In this document: positions 29,501 through 36,366 of the stretch, one piece after another
How the letters are laid out: each line of letters opens with the position of its first letter
How positions within the stretch are numbered: the stretch's first letter is position 1
DNA from: Candidatus Latescibacterota bacterium
GTDB taxonomy: Bacteria > Latescibacterota > UBA2968 > UBA8231
Length of the DNA: 64,000 nt
Reading direction: 5' to 3'
NCBI GenBank assembly: GCA_965204725.1
Contig: OZ242005.1
Span: 3,616,001-3,680,000, forward strand
Position numbers and translations under genes: made by a program
Notes under the pieces: generated by a model
Seen by the model: only the letters and a program-made list of their open reading frames with translations
The model's database searches: none
Told to the model about the DNA's origin: nothing

Positions 29501-31932
29501 ACATCGCGCACGGCAGGCGTACCCGAGCTAGGACCGACAATCGTGAAGCGGATGGTCTCAGCTTTCTCCGAGGCAGAGGCCAACGTCGCCGTTATGGCGA
29601 TGGCCGTCGTCGCCCCGTTCTCGCGCACGGATGAGTGTGTCGAGGCCACGCTGGAGACCGCAACCGTGGGTGCCGGTGCGGGCTCGACCTCAATGGTGAA
29701 GGTCGTTGCCGCACTGTTGGCACCGCCCTCTTTGCTGTCGATGACCGTGTAAACGACTTTGGACGTACCGGCCGTCGTCGGCGTACCCGTAATCGTCCGC
29801 GTGGCCGGGTCAAACGACAGACCCGCTGGCAAGGTGGCCGACACGCTGTACGTCTTGTCGCCCTCACCGCCCTCAGCTTCCGGCAGTTCCTCCGGCTCAA
29901 TCGCCGTGCCCGCCGTGTAGGTGAAGACTGTGGCCCCCAAGTCCGTAGTGCCGAAACTAAGGGCACCCGGTGCGGTCGGCGTCGCCGCCGCGTCCGCATT
30001 TTTCAGCGTTATCGTCGCGGTGGAGACCGTGACGTCTTCGTCATCATCATTCTTGACCGGGCTTTTCAGCGCTCTCAAGAAGATCTTCTTATCCCCGCCT
30101 TGGAGCGGAGTGATGAAGACGGTCGTCTCGCCACTAACTTCGCCGGCCGGAATCGTCAGCGAACGGAGGGTAGCGGTGTAGTCGGTGTCGCGCTGCGCCG
30201 CATTATCATCCGCGGCGTCTCCATCATCCGGCCCATCCCTGCTAATGACCAAGGTCACCGTAACGTCCTCGTCAAAGACCTTGCCGTTTAAGGCTCCGGT
30301 CACCGTAACGTCTTGCTGACCCGACTCGGCCTTTAGCTCAGTCGGACTCACCGACAGCGTGATCGCATCGGTAAGCGTCTCGTCGTCAACGATGGTGATA
30401 TTCGCTCGGCCCGCAGTGTCACCCGCTCCGACCTGAGCTGTTACCTGAAAACCTAGCGAACCACCCGCTCCGTCGTTGTCCACGGGGGTCAGGACGAGCG
30501 TCGTCGTCGCCGAGGTCTCGCCGGATGGAATGGTGAGATCACTCACATCCACAGTGTAATCTATATCGCGACGCCCGGCACAATCAAAATCACCCGCACA
30601 ACCGGTGGTCAAAACAGTGAACCGGACACGCTGGTCATTCGTAACGGCAGCCTTCAAGGTAACTTTCAGCTCGATTTCCGTCCGCCCAGCATTCTCGCGT
30701 ACCATCGAAGGAGTCGCGGTCAGCCCATCGTCTTTAACATCAGCAATGGGGGCGTCCTTGATCAGGAAGAAAGCCGGCGGCTTACTAACCAAGAACTTCA
30801 AGTCTGCTTCCCTCAGGACAGCGTTTGCCGCACCGAAGATACAATCATCACCCCCCGATTGAGCTTGATCCGCTGCAGCCCCTGCCAAGCCATCAAGGTC
30901 TATGTCAATTCCGACGTCGCTTTCGCAAAGGTTATGACTAGCAGAAGGATCGGTGCCAGGAACACCACCAGCTGAATAGTCAAGGCCTACCTCGGTTTCA
31001 GTTAACTGCCCAGAAGCATTAAGCGTAAAGCTGTCGCCCGTATCCCCATCGAGGTTTAGGTCAATGCCTTTGAGGGTATCCGGCCCCACAGCCTCCACCG
31101 CGATATAGGCACCATACTCTTTGGTCTCTTTGGGATCAATGGAGATCGTCGCCTTCCCCGACACCCTTCTCCTTTTCAGGGATAGGGAGGCCGCCGTCGC
31201 CGAGTAATCCGAATCGCGCGCCAGTACATACTTGTTGACACTGTCCTGGTTAGCACCTTTCGAAGTAGCCGTATTGAACGCGGCCAAATCGTCAGCCCCA
31301 GTGATGCTAGTGGCATTCCTAAAAGCCAAGGTATAGTTATGGAGCCCCAATGAAAGGCTTCCATCCAAGGTGCCGGTCACGACGACAGAAGTCGAAGTCG
31401 CCTCATTGCTTAGATCGCCCGGAGCAAACGAAAGATCGAACGAACTGCTTATCTTGTCGTCGTCGATCAAGTTAAGCGTCACCCCCGATACCGGGGTGCC
31501 AGTCGGGTTGACGGAGTGAGAAGAACCGGCATTCCCTAGAATACCAATAGCAAGATCGTCAGCCCCTTGCCCATGGTTTGTACCGCGCAGCTTATCATTT
31601 ATGGGCGTGAAGGTGATCGTCCCGGTTGCCTCTTTCTTGCCCTTGGGAATTTTGATAGTGGGCAGTGCGATGCGGTAGCGCGTGTTTTGAGCGTTAGCCG
31701 CGGCCCCGGCTTCAATACTCAAGGTCACAACAATATCCGCCGCCGCATCAGCCGCGACTTTGGCTTTCGCCGTGATCTCGGTCTCACCAGCGTCCTCGCG
31801 CACACTGGTTTTGTCCAACGACAGGGTGACTGTCACGGCTGACGCAACACCAGCCCATCCCAGCACCAAACCAGCCGCCAGTAACCAAGAGCCGCCAGCC
31901 AACCGCCGGATAAACGACTTCATGTGTAGCAT
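26503..31932 (-). CDS. 1809-aa secreted surface protein: Calx-beta-like repeats, 3 He_PIG/putative Ig domains, FN3, dockerin/EF-hand-like, cohesin-like, and a FlgD/T9SS-like CTD
   Basis: Signal peptide (ASA/V). Repeated S.RE.AG and RDxDY motifs; LPAGLSFD..TRTI.GTP x3; FVDETALNGVRYTYQVRA. Duplicated V/I.FDDFF..AD.FG; VGEDFVLDVRL...YGLQVQYE; NYPNPFNPAT...KMLLLK. Confidence 0.9.
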   Translation of the reverse strand: MLHMKSFIRRLAGGSWLLAAGLVLGWAGVASAVTVTLSLDKTSVREDAGETEITAKAKVAADAAADIVVTLSIEAGAAANAQNTRYRIALPTIKIPKGKKEATGTITFTPINDKLRGTNHGQGADDLAIGILGNAGSSHSVNPTGTPVSGVTLNLIDDDKISSSFDLSFAPGDLSNEATSTSVVVTGTLDGSLSLGLHNYTLAFRNATSITGADDLAAFNTATSKGANQDSVNKYVLARDSDYSATAASLSLKRRRVSGKATISIDPKETKEYGAYIAVEAVGPDTLKGIDLNLDGDTGDSFTLNASGQLTETEVGLDYSAGGVPGTDPSASHNLCESDVGIDIDLDGLAGAAADQAQSGGDDCIFGAANAVLREADLKFLVSKPPAFFLIKDAPIADVKDDGLTATPSMVRENAGRTEIELKVTLKAAVTNDQRVRFTVLTTGCAGDFDCAGRRDIDYTVDVSDLTIPSGETSATTTLVLTPVDNDGAGGSLGFQVTAQVGAGDTAGRANITIVDDETLTDAITLSVSPTELKAESGQQDVTVTGALNGKVFDEDVTVTLVISRDGPDDGDAADDNAAQRDTDYTATLRSLTIPAGEVSGETTVFITPLQGGDKKIFLRALKSPVKNDDDEDVTVSTATITLKNADAAATPTAPGALSFGTTDLGATVFTYTAGTAIEPEELPEAEGGEGDKTYSVSATLPAGLSFDPATRTITGTPTTAGTSKVVYTVIDSKEGGANSAATTFTIEVEPAPAPTVAVSSVASTHSSVRENGATTAIAITATLASASEKAETIRFTIVGPSSGTPAVRDVDYTAALGGSVVVAAGDLQGSTMLNLTPLDNDAVDGNKYFGVQASASGGSAQTDIKIADDETPSTSVSLSASPHTLSEDAAVTEVTLTATLDGKVLDEDAVVTIAVDPNSAATRDVDYSALFNPLLTIAAGSTSGSAALLIDPTADTADEGNETITLTASTPGLTSGSAQITISDHTPGPPEPGEEPLAFAEGASVDDQEYTAGTAIADMVLPEASVGTGDITYSVSELPAGLSFDADTRTISGTPEAASDGAVEVTYTATSGEATVTLTFSITVNAPLDELDLSGLFGMFLEGEGAGKANPATNHEEDGVIRAVVGESYTLTLPEVMGGTPPLTYSVSGLPAGLSFDPATRTISGTPDAVTDGSVEVTYTVTDAAGASSSVPFNFAVVPPSLDAPDAVVAQDYTGADGSGDQGGFVLLTWDLSADHATLDGYRVFREMPALGGEMMPWAMVDAVPGVSIARAIVATLDNAETNWGIAAERGNLTTHGAAKAAFVRADAVNHAYEQMAETLLASREAAQAGDAPVFAALLPEALAFAEGVAPKFNLVAAGTERSALTITEEAVRAIDNIAPVAVPTLQVLDAPGDAGGRIALTWALSPSDQLLQGVVAGALGPAAASPVAGVHGYGIYRQAAGSDEFVLVGRVNAGATSFVDETALNGVRYTYQVRAYDADNETASVEQTALAVRNQVVDSEGRVLYGLFGADNRVGFDDFFLLADMFGLTAEDPAFDPAFDLVSSAQPQIDFDDFFVFADNFGRSTGGAAKRVPMQAGLNADARLYLAAQTALPSVGEDFVLDVRLADFVEVQGYGLQVQYEADKLTFVEVSTDRPLGGGELASPQVLSDAGGVLTLAAHGEVLSDGEVGLHLVFRAATEIENTVVEITASELADGALAINRLALPVPVSLQTRPEVFSLVDNYPNPFNPATTIRYALPQAADVELTVYNVVGQPVRTLVAEAQSAGRYVVEWDATDDRGYSVSSGMYFYRLQAGDSFRQVKKMLLLK

Positions 31933-32097
31933 TACTCAACCTCCCCAGGGAAAGCATCCCTGATTGTGAAAGAAAAATTAAAAGATGGATTTGCCTTAAA
32001 CCCATTCAGACTTTGCGTTTTTGCGTTTTTCATACGCCCCCTTTCGCGGCTTTTCCGTCCATAACGCATAAAGCATTATTCCTATACAATAGAGTTA

Positions 32098-32126
32098 ATT
32101 ATACCTACAAAAAAAAGAAGTGTCAA
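32098..32126 (-). promoter_or_regulatory. Perfect-consensus sigma70 promoter of the 1809-aa gene, with a T8 tract in the spacer
   Basis: TTGACA-cttcttttttttgtagg(17)-TATAAT on the minus strand. Confidence 0.85.
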
Positions 32127-32179
32127 GCATAAATTCCTCTTTGAAAACGTACCCCAAACCCCCTAGCCAAGCCGAGCCA

Positions 32180-32476
32180 TTACTTCAGCTTCAACAGAAT
32201 AGACACCAACAGCCCCCCCATAACCAAAAAGCTCCCCACCTGCACCCCAACCAACCAACGGACGAGCGAGTCAATCCGGGCGTTGGTCTCCCGAATGGCT
32301 CGCTCCATACTGTCAAAACGGGCATTGGTCTCCTGCCGAAGACCAGCAATAGACCGCTCCATACTGTCAAAGCGGGAATTGGTCTGGCGACCTTGCTCGG
32401 TCAACTGCTCGGCAATGCCTTCCAGCCGGCCAACTCGCCGGTCGTGGTCCTGTACTTGCACTACAGGTTCAGTCAT
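32180..32476 (-). CDS. Small coiled-coil protein with a C-terminal TM helix (DUF1640/CCDC90-like architecture)
   Basis: RBS AGGAG, internal repeat ETNARFDSMER and C-terminal LVRWLVGVQVGSFLVMGGLLVSILLKLK. Confidence 0.75.
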   Translation of the reverse strand: MTEPVVQVQDHDRRVGRLEGIAEQLTEQGRQTNSRFDSMERSIAGLRQETNARFDSMERAIRETNARIDSLVRWLVGVQVGSFLVMGGLLVSILLKLK

Positions 32477-32499
32477 TTCGTCTCCTTTCTAGTTGGCTA

Positions 32500-32593
32500 G
32501 GTCGTGAACACGCCGTAGATACGGGATCCGTCATTCCCGCGAAAGCGGGAATCCAGCCGGGATGGACGACCACCAGAGTTTGCAGACCGCTTC
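32500..32593. mobile_element. Partial MITE copy (right end) containing a REP hairpin at 32530-32556
   Basis: GTCATTCCCGCGAAAGCGGGAATCCAG, then GGACGACCACCAGAGTTTGCAGACCGCTTC followed by TTA; matches the right end of the 36.3-kb copy. Confidence 0.65.
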
Positions 32594-32614
32594 TTAGCAG
32601 ATTCAAAGGAAGGG

Positions 32615-32737
32615 TCAACCCGGCCCATATTTCAAAATAATTCCAGCTATTACTGCGGCAATGATCGCGGCAATAACCGTCCCCCCGAGCACACCGCCAA
32701 GTATCCATGCTTTAACTTTAGTAGATGTATGCTTCAC
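32615..32737 (-). pseudogene. Probable remnant: isolated C-terminal TM segment of a coiled-coil/TM family gene (40 aa)
   Basis: VKHTSTKVKAWILGGVLGGTVIAAIIAAVIAGIILKYGPG; the same W-x-x-G TM style as the neighbouring 98-aa protein, with no convincing N-terminal part. Confidence 0.4.
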
Positions 32738-32741
32738 GCTT

Positions 32742-33737
32742 TCACCCCTGCGGCGCATAAGGTTCAGCAGCCTCAGCCGCCCGGTCTTTCGGATCGATGC
32801 GCTCCATTCGATAGGAAAGCCCATCCCTAAGCGTCTCAAGCACCCCATTCATCCGCGCCTGCTCCTGCTCCAGCCCCCCCAGCCGCTCTGGAAGCGTCTC
32901 AAGCACCCCAGCCGTATGCGCCTGCGCTTGCTCCAGCCGCCCCAGCCGCTCCGAAAGCCCCTCCATCCTCGCATCCTGACGCTCCGAAAGCCCCTCCATC
33001 CTCGCGTCCTGACGCTCTACCAACTTGTCCATACGAGCCAAAAGCGAAGCCGAAAGCGCATCCTGACGCTCCACCAACTTGTCCATACGAGCCGAAAGCA
33101 CGTCCTGACGCTCCACCAACTCGTCCATACGAGCCGAAAGCACGTCCTGACGCTCCACCAACTCGTCCATACGAGCCGAAAGCACGTCCTGACGCTCCAC
33201 CAACTCGTCCATACGAGCCGAAAGCAAAGCCGCATGAGCGTCCATGCGCGTCAGTCCCTCCTCCAGTCGCTGGTGAAACTGCGCTGACTGCGCCTCGATC
33301 TTCTCGTCCAGCAGCACCGACTGCGCCTCGATCTTCTCGTCCAGCCGCAACGACTGCGCGTCGATCTTCTCATTTAGCTGCTGGCGAAACTCAACCGACT
33401 GCGCCTCGATCTTCTCATCTAATCGCTGGAAAAACTGACCCGATAGCGAAGCTAGTTGGTGCAACTCAGCCGAAAGCCTATCCAACTGAGCCGACTGAGA
33501 AGCTATCTTCTCATTCAACTGCAACGACTGCGCCTCGGTCTTCTCATCCAATCGCTTATCCAACCGATCCGAAAGCGAAGCCATCTCGCCCTTCATCTCG
33601 GCGCGGATCGCATCCAATTTCTTGTCCATCCGATCCCAATCGGCGCGGCTGCTCCTCCTCATAGCCAGCGTGAGGCCCGCGAACGCGATAAAAACGCCGA
33701 CCAAGGGAAGCCAGTTCATCATCATGCTACTGTCCAT
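32742..33737 (-). CDS. Membrane-anchored coiled-coil tandem-repeat protein
   Basis: RBS GGAGG before MDSSMMMNWL and an N-terminal TM helix. Repeats LDEKIEAQS (11-aa spacing), LSARMDELVERQDV (14 aa), RMEGLSERQDA (11 aa) and a 21-aa duplicate. Confidence 0.8.
   Translation of the reverse strand: MDSSMMMNWLPLVGVFIAFAGLTLAMRRSSRADWDRMDKKLDAIRAEMKGEMASLSDRLDKRLDEKTEAQSLQLNEKIASQSAQLDRLSAELHQLASLSGQFFQRLDEKIEAQSVEFRQQLNEKIDAQSLRLDEKIEAQSVLLDEKIEAQSAQFHQRLEEGLTRMDAHAALLSARMDELVERQDVLSARMDELVERQDVLSARMDELVERQDVLSARMDKLVERQDALSASLLARMDKLVERQDARMEGLSERQDARMEGLSERLGRLEQAQAHTAGVLETLPERLGGLEQEQARMNGVLETLRDGLSYRMERIDPKDRAAEAAEPYAPQG
33061..33226. repeat. Intragenic 42-bp tandem repeat, about 4 near-identical copies
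   Basis: Unit TCCTGACGCTCCACCAACT(C/T)GTCCATACGAGCCGAAAGCACG starting at 33061, 33103, 33145 and 33187. Confidence 0.95.
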
Positions 33738-33794
33738 AGAAAACGCCTCCTCCAAAGCTCCTTTGGGCAAATATCACTTACCCCCATCCCTTTG

Positions 33795-36236
33795 TCAAAC
33801 ATTCCGCGGCCTCCGCCGCAACGCCCCCCCAACCACGCCGACCACCACCACCAACCCCACCAAAACCGCCCCCCGCGACCACGCCAACACCCGCGAAAAA
33901 TAGCGAAACTCCACCTCGTGTTCGCCGGCCGGCAACGCCACCCCTTTCCATATATAGTTCACCCGCAGCATCTCAGCCTCCTGCCCATCCACCCACACCG
34001 ACCAATTCGACTGGTAGTTTTCCGACACCACCAACAAGCGCGGCCCCCCGCTGTGCGTCCGCAGGCGGATCAGCCCGCCCGCCGGATCATAAGCCAGCCG
34101 CTCAACCCGGTCGCCCGCTCGGTCGCCCGCGCCATCGAGCCGCACGGCCGGCGCACGCTCCAGCAAAGCCACGCGCTGAGGATCGGCCCGGCCGCTCAAC
34201 AGCCGCGTCAAAACCGCCTCGCCATCGGCCAACACTTCGGCCTCGGCCGCCAAGTAAAACCACGGCAAAGCCTGCGGATTTTCGTACAGACGAAAGCGCG
34301 CCCCCTCAAAGCGCAGCGGATACGCCGCCCCATTCAATGCCAGCGGCTTGGGCGCGGCCAAGTACCGGCCATTGAGCAAATTCAACAAAGACTGGAACCC
34401 CGCAGACGGCACACCCGTGCGCAAAAACTGCTGCACCAGCGGCTCAAACTCCTTCAGCATCCGGTCGTAGCGGCCCACCGTCAAATCGTGAAAGCCCGTG
34501 ACAGACCAAACGCCGTGCAAGTGATAGCCCGGTTCCTCCAGCACCCGGAAGCTAGGCAAGGGCAAAACGCGAAAGAGCGACTCATCGCTTTGCAAAAACT
34601 GCACGGTGCGCAAGTTCTCCCGCCGAATGTCGGCGTAGCGGCCCGGGTCCCGATAGTGCAAATAGACCCGATCGACGCGCCACGTGTCGAACAGGGTCAC
34701 CGCGCACAAGCCAGCCACCAGCGCGGTCGCCGAAAGCTGGCCCCACAGCCGCAGATAGAGCAAGACCACGCCCGCGCCCACCGCCAGCGCGACGCACCAG
34801 CCGCCCCGGGCGATCCAATCGTAGCTAGCGGCCAACACGGCCTGCTTTTGCGGCGCAATGTCCTCGTAAAACACGCGCACCCAAGCATCAGTCGCCCCTT
34901 GGGGAAAGAGCGCGACCAGCAGGGCGAGCGCGGCGAGGATGCCGCCGCCATAAGCCAAGCGGCCCCGCAGCAAGGCCCGCTCGCCCGCGTCAGCGTCTAA
35001 CACCTGCTGCAAGCCCAACCCCGCCAGCGCACACCCGGCAAACGCGAACACAAACGAACCCATGCCAATGGCGCGCTGCACATCCGCCCCGGGCAGCAGG
35101 TGAAACGCCAGCCAGTGGACGGGCGTGTGCTCGCCCAAGACGTAGGCCAACGCCAGCACAAACACGCCAGCCAACAGCGCCACTTGGGGGCGACGACGCC
35201 ATTCCGGCACCATCAACAGAGCCAAGAGCACGGCCAACGCGCCAAAGTACTCGGAGTTGATCTTAAACGCATTGCGGCCCCAATAGCGGGAGCCTCCCTC
35301 TACCAGCAGATCGTCGTATCCGCCGAACTCCGGGACGACCAGCGACGCCACTTCTTCGGGGTGTAGCGACCAGCTCCGCGCATACGCAAGCTGCTCCTCC
35401 GCAGTCTTGCCTCCCACCTCGTCGCCCGTGGCCCGCTTGGACTCGGAGCGGGTGTAGAGCATCACGGGAAAAGCCCCTTCGGCCCCTAAGGCCAAGCCCA
35501 GCCCCACCGCGCCGACAAAATGCACCACGCGCCGGACCAAAGCCCGCTCGCGGCGCATCTGGTACAGCTTGAATAGGCAATAGACGCCGAGGCCCAACAG
35601 GGCGAAATACGTCATCGGCGGATGGGAGTAGATACACGCGCCAATCAGCGCACCCAGCGCCGCCCAATAGATCAGCCGCCCCTGCGCCAAGGCCCGTTCC
35701 AACGCCCAGATGATCCACGGAAAAAGAGCAATAACGCCCATCTTGGCGTAGTGCCCGGCCAAGGGGAACGCCAAGAAGGTCGGCGCGGACATGAAGGCCA
35801 GCCCGCCCCACAGCGCGGCGCGACCGCCCACGTGGATTTGGCGCAAGTACGCGTACATACCCAAGCCAGCCACGAACATCGTCAGGATGTAGCGCCAGCC
35901 GATGTAGCGCTGAAAGGTGGTAAAAAAATACAGGACATAGGCCGGGAAGTACTGGGGACGAATGCCCTCAGACTGGGGAAAGCCACCCATCTTGGGGTCC
36001 CACAGCGGCTGCGCCACTGTTTCCACCTTGTCCCAGAAGCTCAGATCCGAGCCTCGGTGGTAGTCTGTGCCCACGTCCAAGCCATAGACGATCTTATCCG
36101 ACAGGGGGAACTCGTAGAAGTACAGCAGGCTCAGGGCCAGAAAAAAGACCGGAGGGAACAGGCGGTGATTCCACAGAGGCGGCCCGGCGACCTTAGCCGG
36201 TGCTTGAGGCTTGGCGCGTTTATTCTTTTTAACCAT
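33795..36236 (-). CDS. YfhO-family multi-TM protein (putative GT-C glycosyltransferase)
   Basis: PLWDPKMGGFP, SWSLHPEE and many TM helices; C-terminal LLVVSENYQSNWSVWVDG...LPAGEHEVEFRY. Confidence 0.85.
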   Translation of the reverse strand: MVKKNKRAKPQAPAKVAGPPLWNHRLFPPVFFLALSLLYFYEFPLSDKIVYGLDVGTDYHRGSDLSFWDKVETVAQPLWDPKMGGFPQSEGIRPQYFPAYVLYFFTTFQRYIGWRYILTMFVAGLGMYAYLRQIHVGGRAALWGGLAFMSAPTFLAFPLAGHYAKMGVIALFPWIIWALERALAQGRLIYWAALGALIGACIYSHPPMTYFALLGLGVYCLFKLYQMRRERALVRRVVHFVGAVGLGLALGAEGAFPVMLYTRSESKRATGDEVGGKTAEEQLAYARSWSLHPEEVASLVVPEFGGYDDLLVEGGSRYWGRNAFKINSEYFGALAVLLALLMVPEWRRRPQVALLAGVFVLALAYVLGEHTPVHWLAFHLLPGADVQRAIGMGSFVFAFAGCALAGLGLQQVLDADAGERALLRGRLAYGGGILAALALLVALFPQGATDAWVRVFYEDIAPQKQAVLAASYDWIARGGWCVALAVGAGVVLLYLRLWGQLSATALVAGLCAVTLFDTWRVDRVYLHYRDPGRYADIRRENLRTVQFLQSDESLFRVLPLPSFRVLEEPGYHLHGVWSVTGFHDLTVGRYDRMLKEFEPLVQQFLRTGVPSAGFQSLLNLLNGRYLAAPKPLALNGAAYPLRFEGARFRLYENPQALPWFYLAAEAEVLADGEAVLTRLLSGRADPQRVALLERAPAVRLDGAGDRAGDRVERLAYDPAGGLIRLRTHSGGPRLLVVSENYQSNWSVWVDGQEAEMLRVNYIWKGVALPAGEHEVEFRYFSRVLAWSRGAVLVGLVVVVGVVGGALRRRPRNV

Positions 36237-36264
36237 AAAATCCCTCCGCGGCGGCCTAAGATAA

Positions 36265-36366
36265 GAGGCTGTCTGAAAACCCTCTTGAGGTCATTCCCGC
36301 GAACGCGGGAATCCAGCGGGATCGTTTAGACGCAAAGGACGACCACCAGAGTTTTCAGACCGCTTC
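36265..36366. mobile_element. Complete MITE (about 102 bp) with imperfect 16-bp TIRs, a TAA target duplication and an internal REP hairpin (36290-36316)
   Basis: TAA|GAGGCTGTCTGAAAAC ... GTTTTCAGACCGCTTC|TAA, a 14/16 inverted match. Confidence 0.7.

Noticed and set aside
26503-31932. Diversity-generating retroelement target or invertible cassette in the surface protein
   Set aside because: No reverse transcriptase, no adenine-specific TR/VR pair, and no recombinase seen; the internal DNA similarity is limited to domain repeats.
33061-33226. 42-bp direct repeats as a possible CRISPR array
   Set aside because: The repeats are contiguous with no spacers, are a multiple of 3, and lie in frame inside a coiled-coil CDS; no cas genes are nearby.
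33456-35000. 514-aa plus-strand ORF
   Set aside because: Antisense shadow of the YfhO gene with no motifs; explained by high GC and T depletion on the plus strand.
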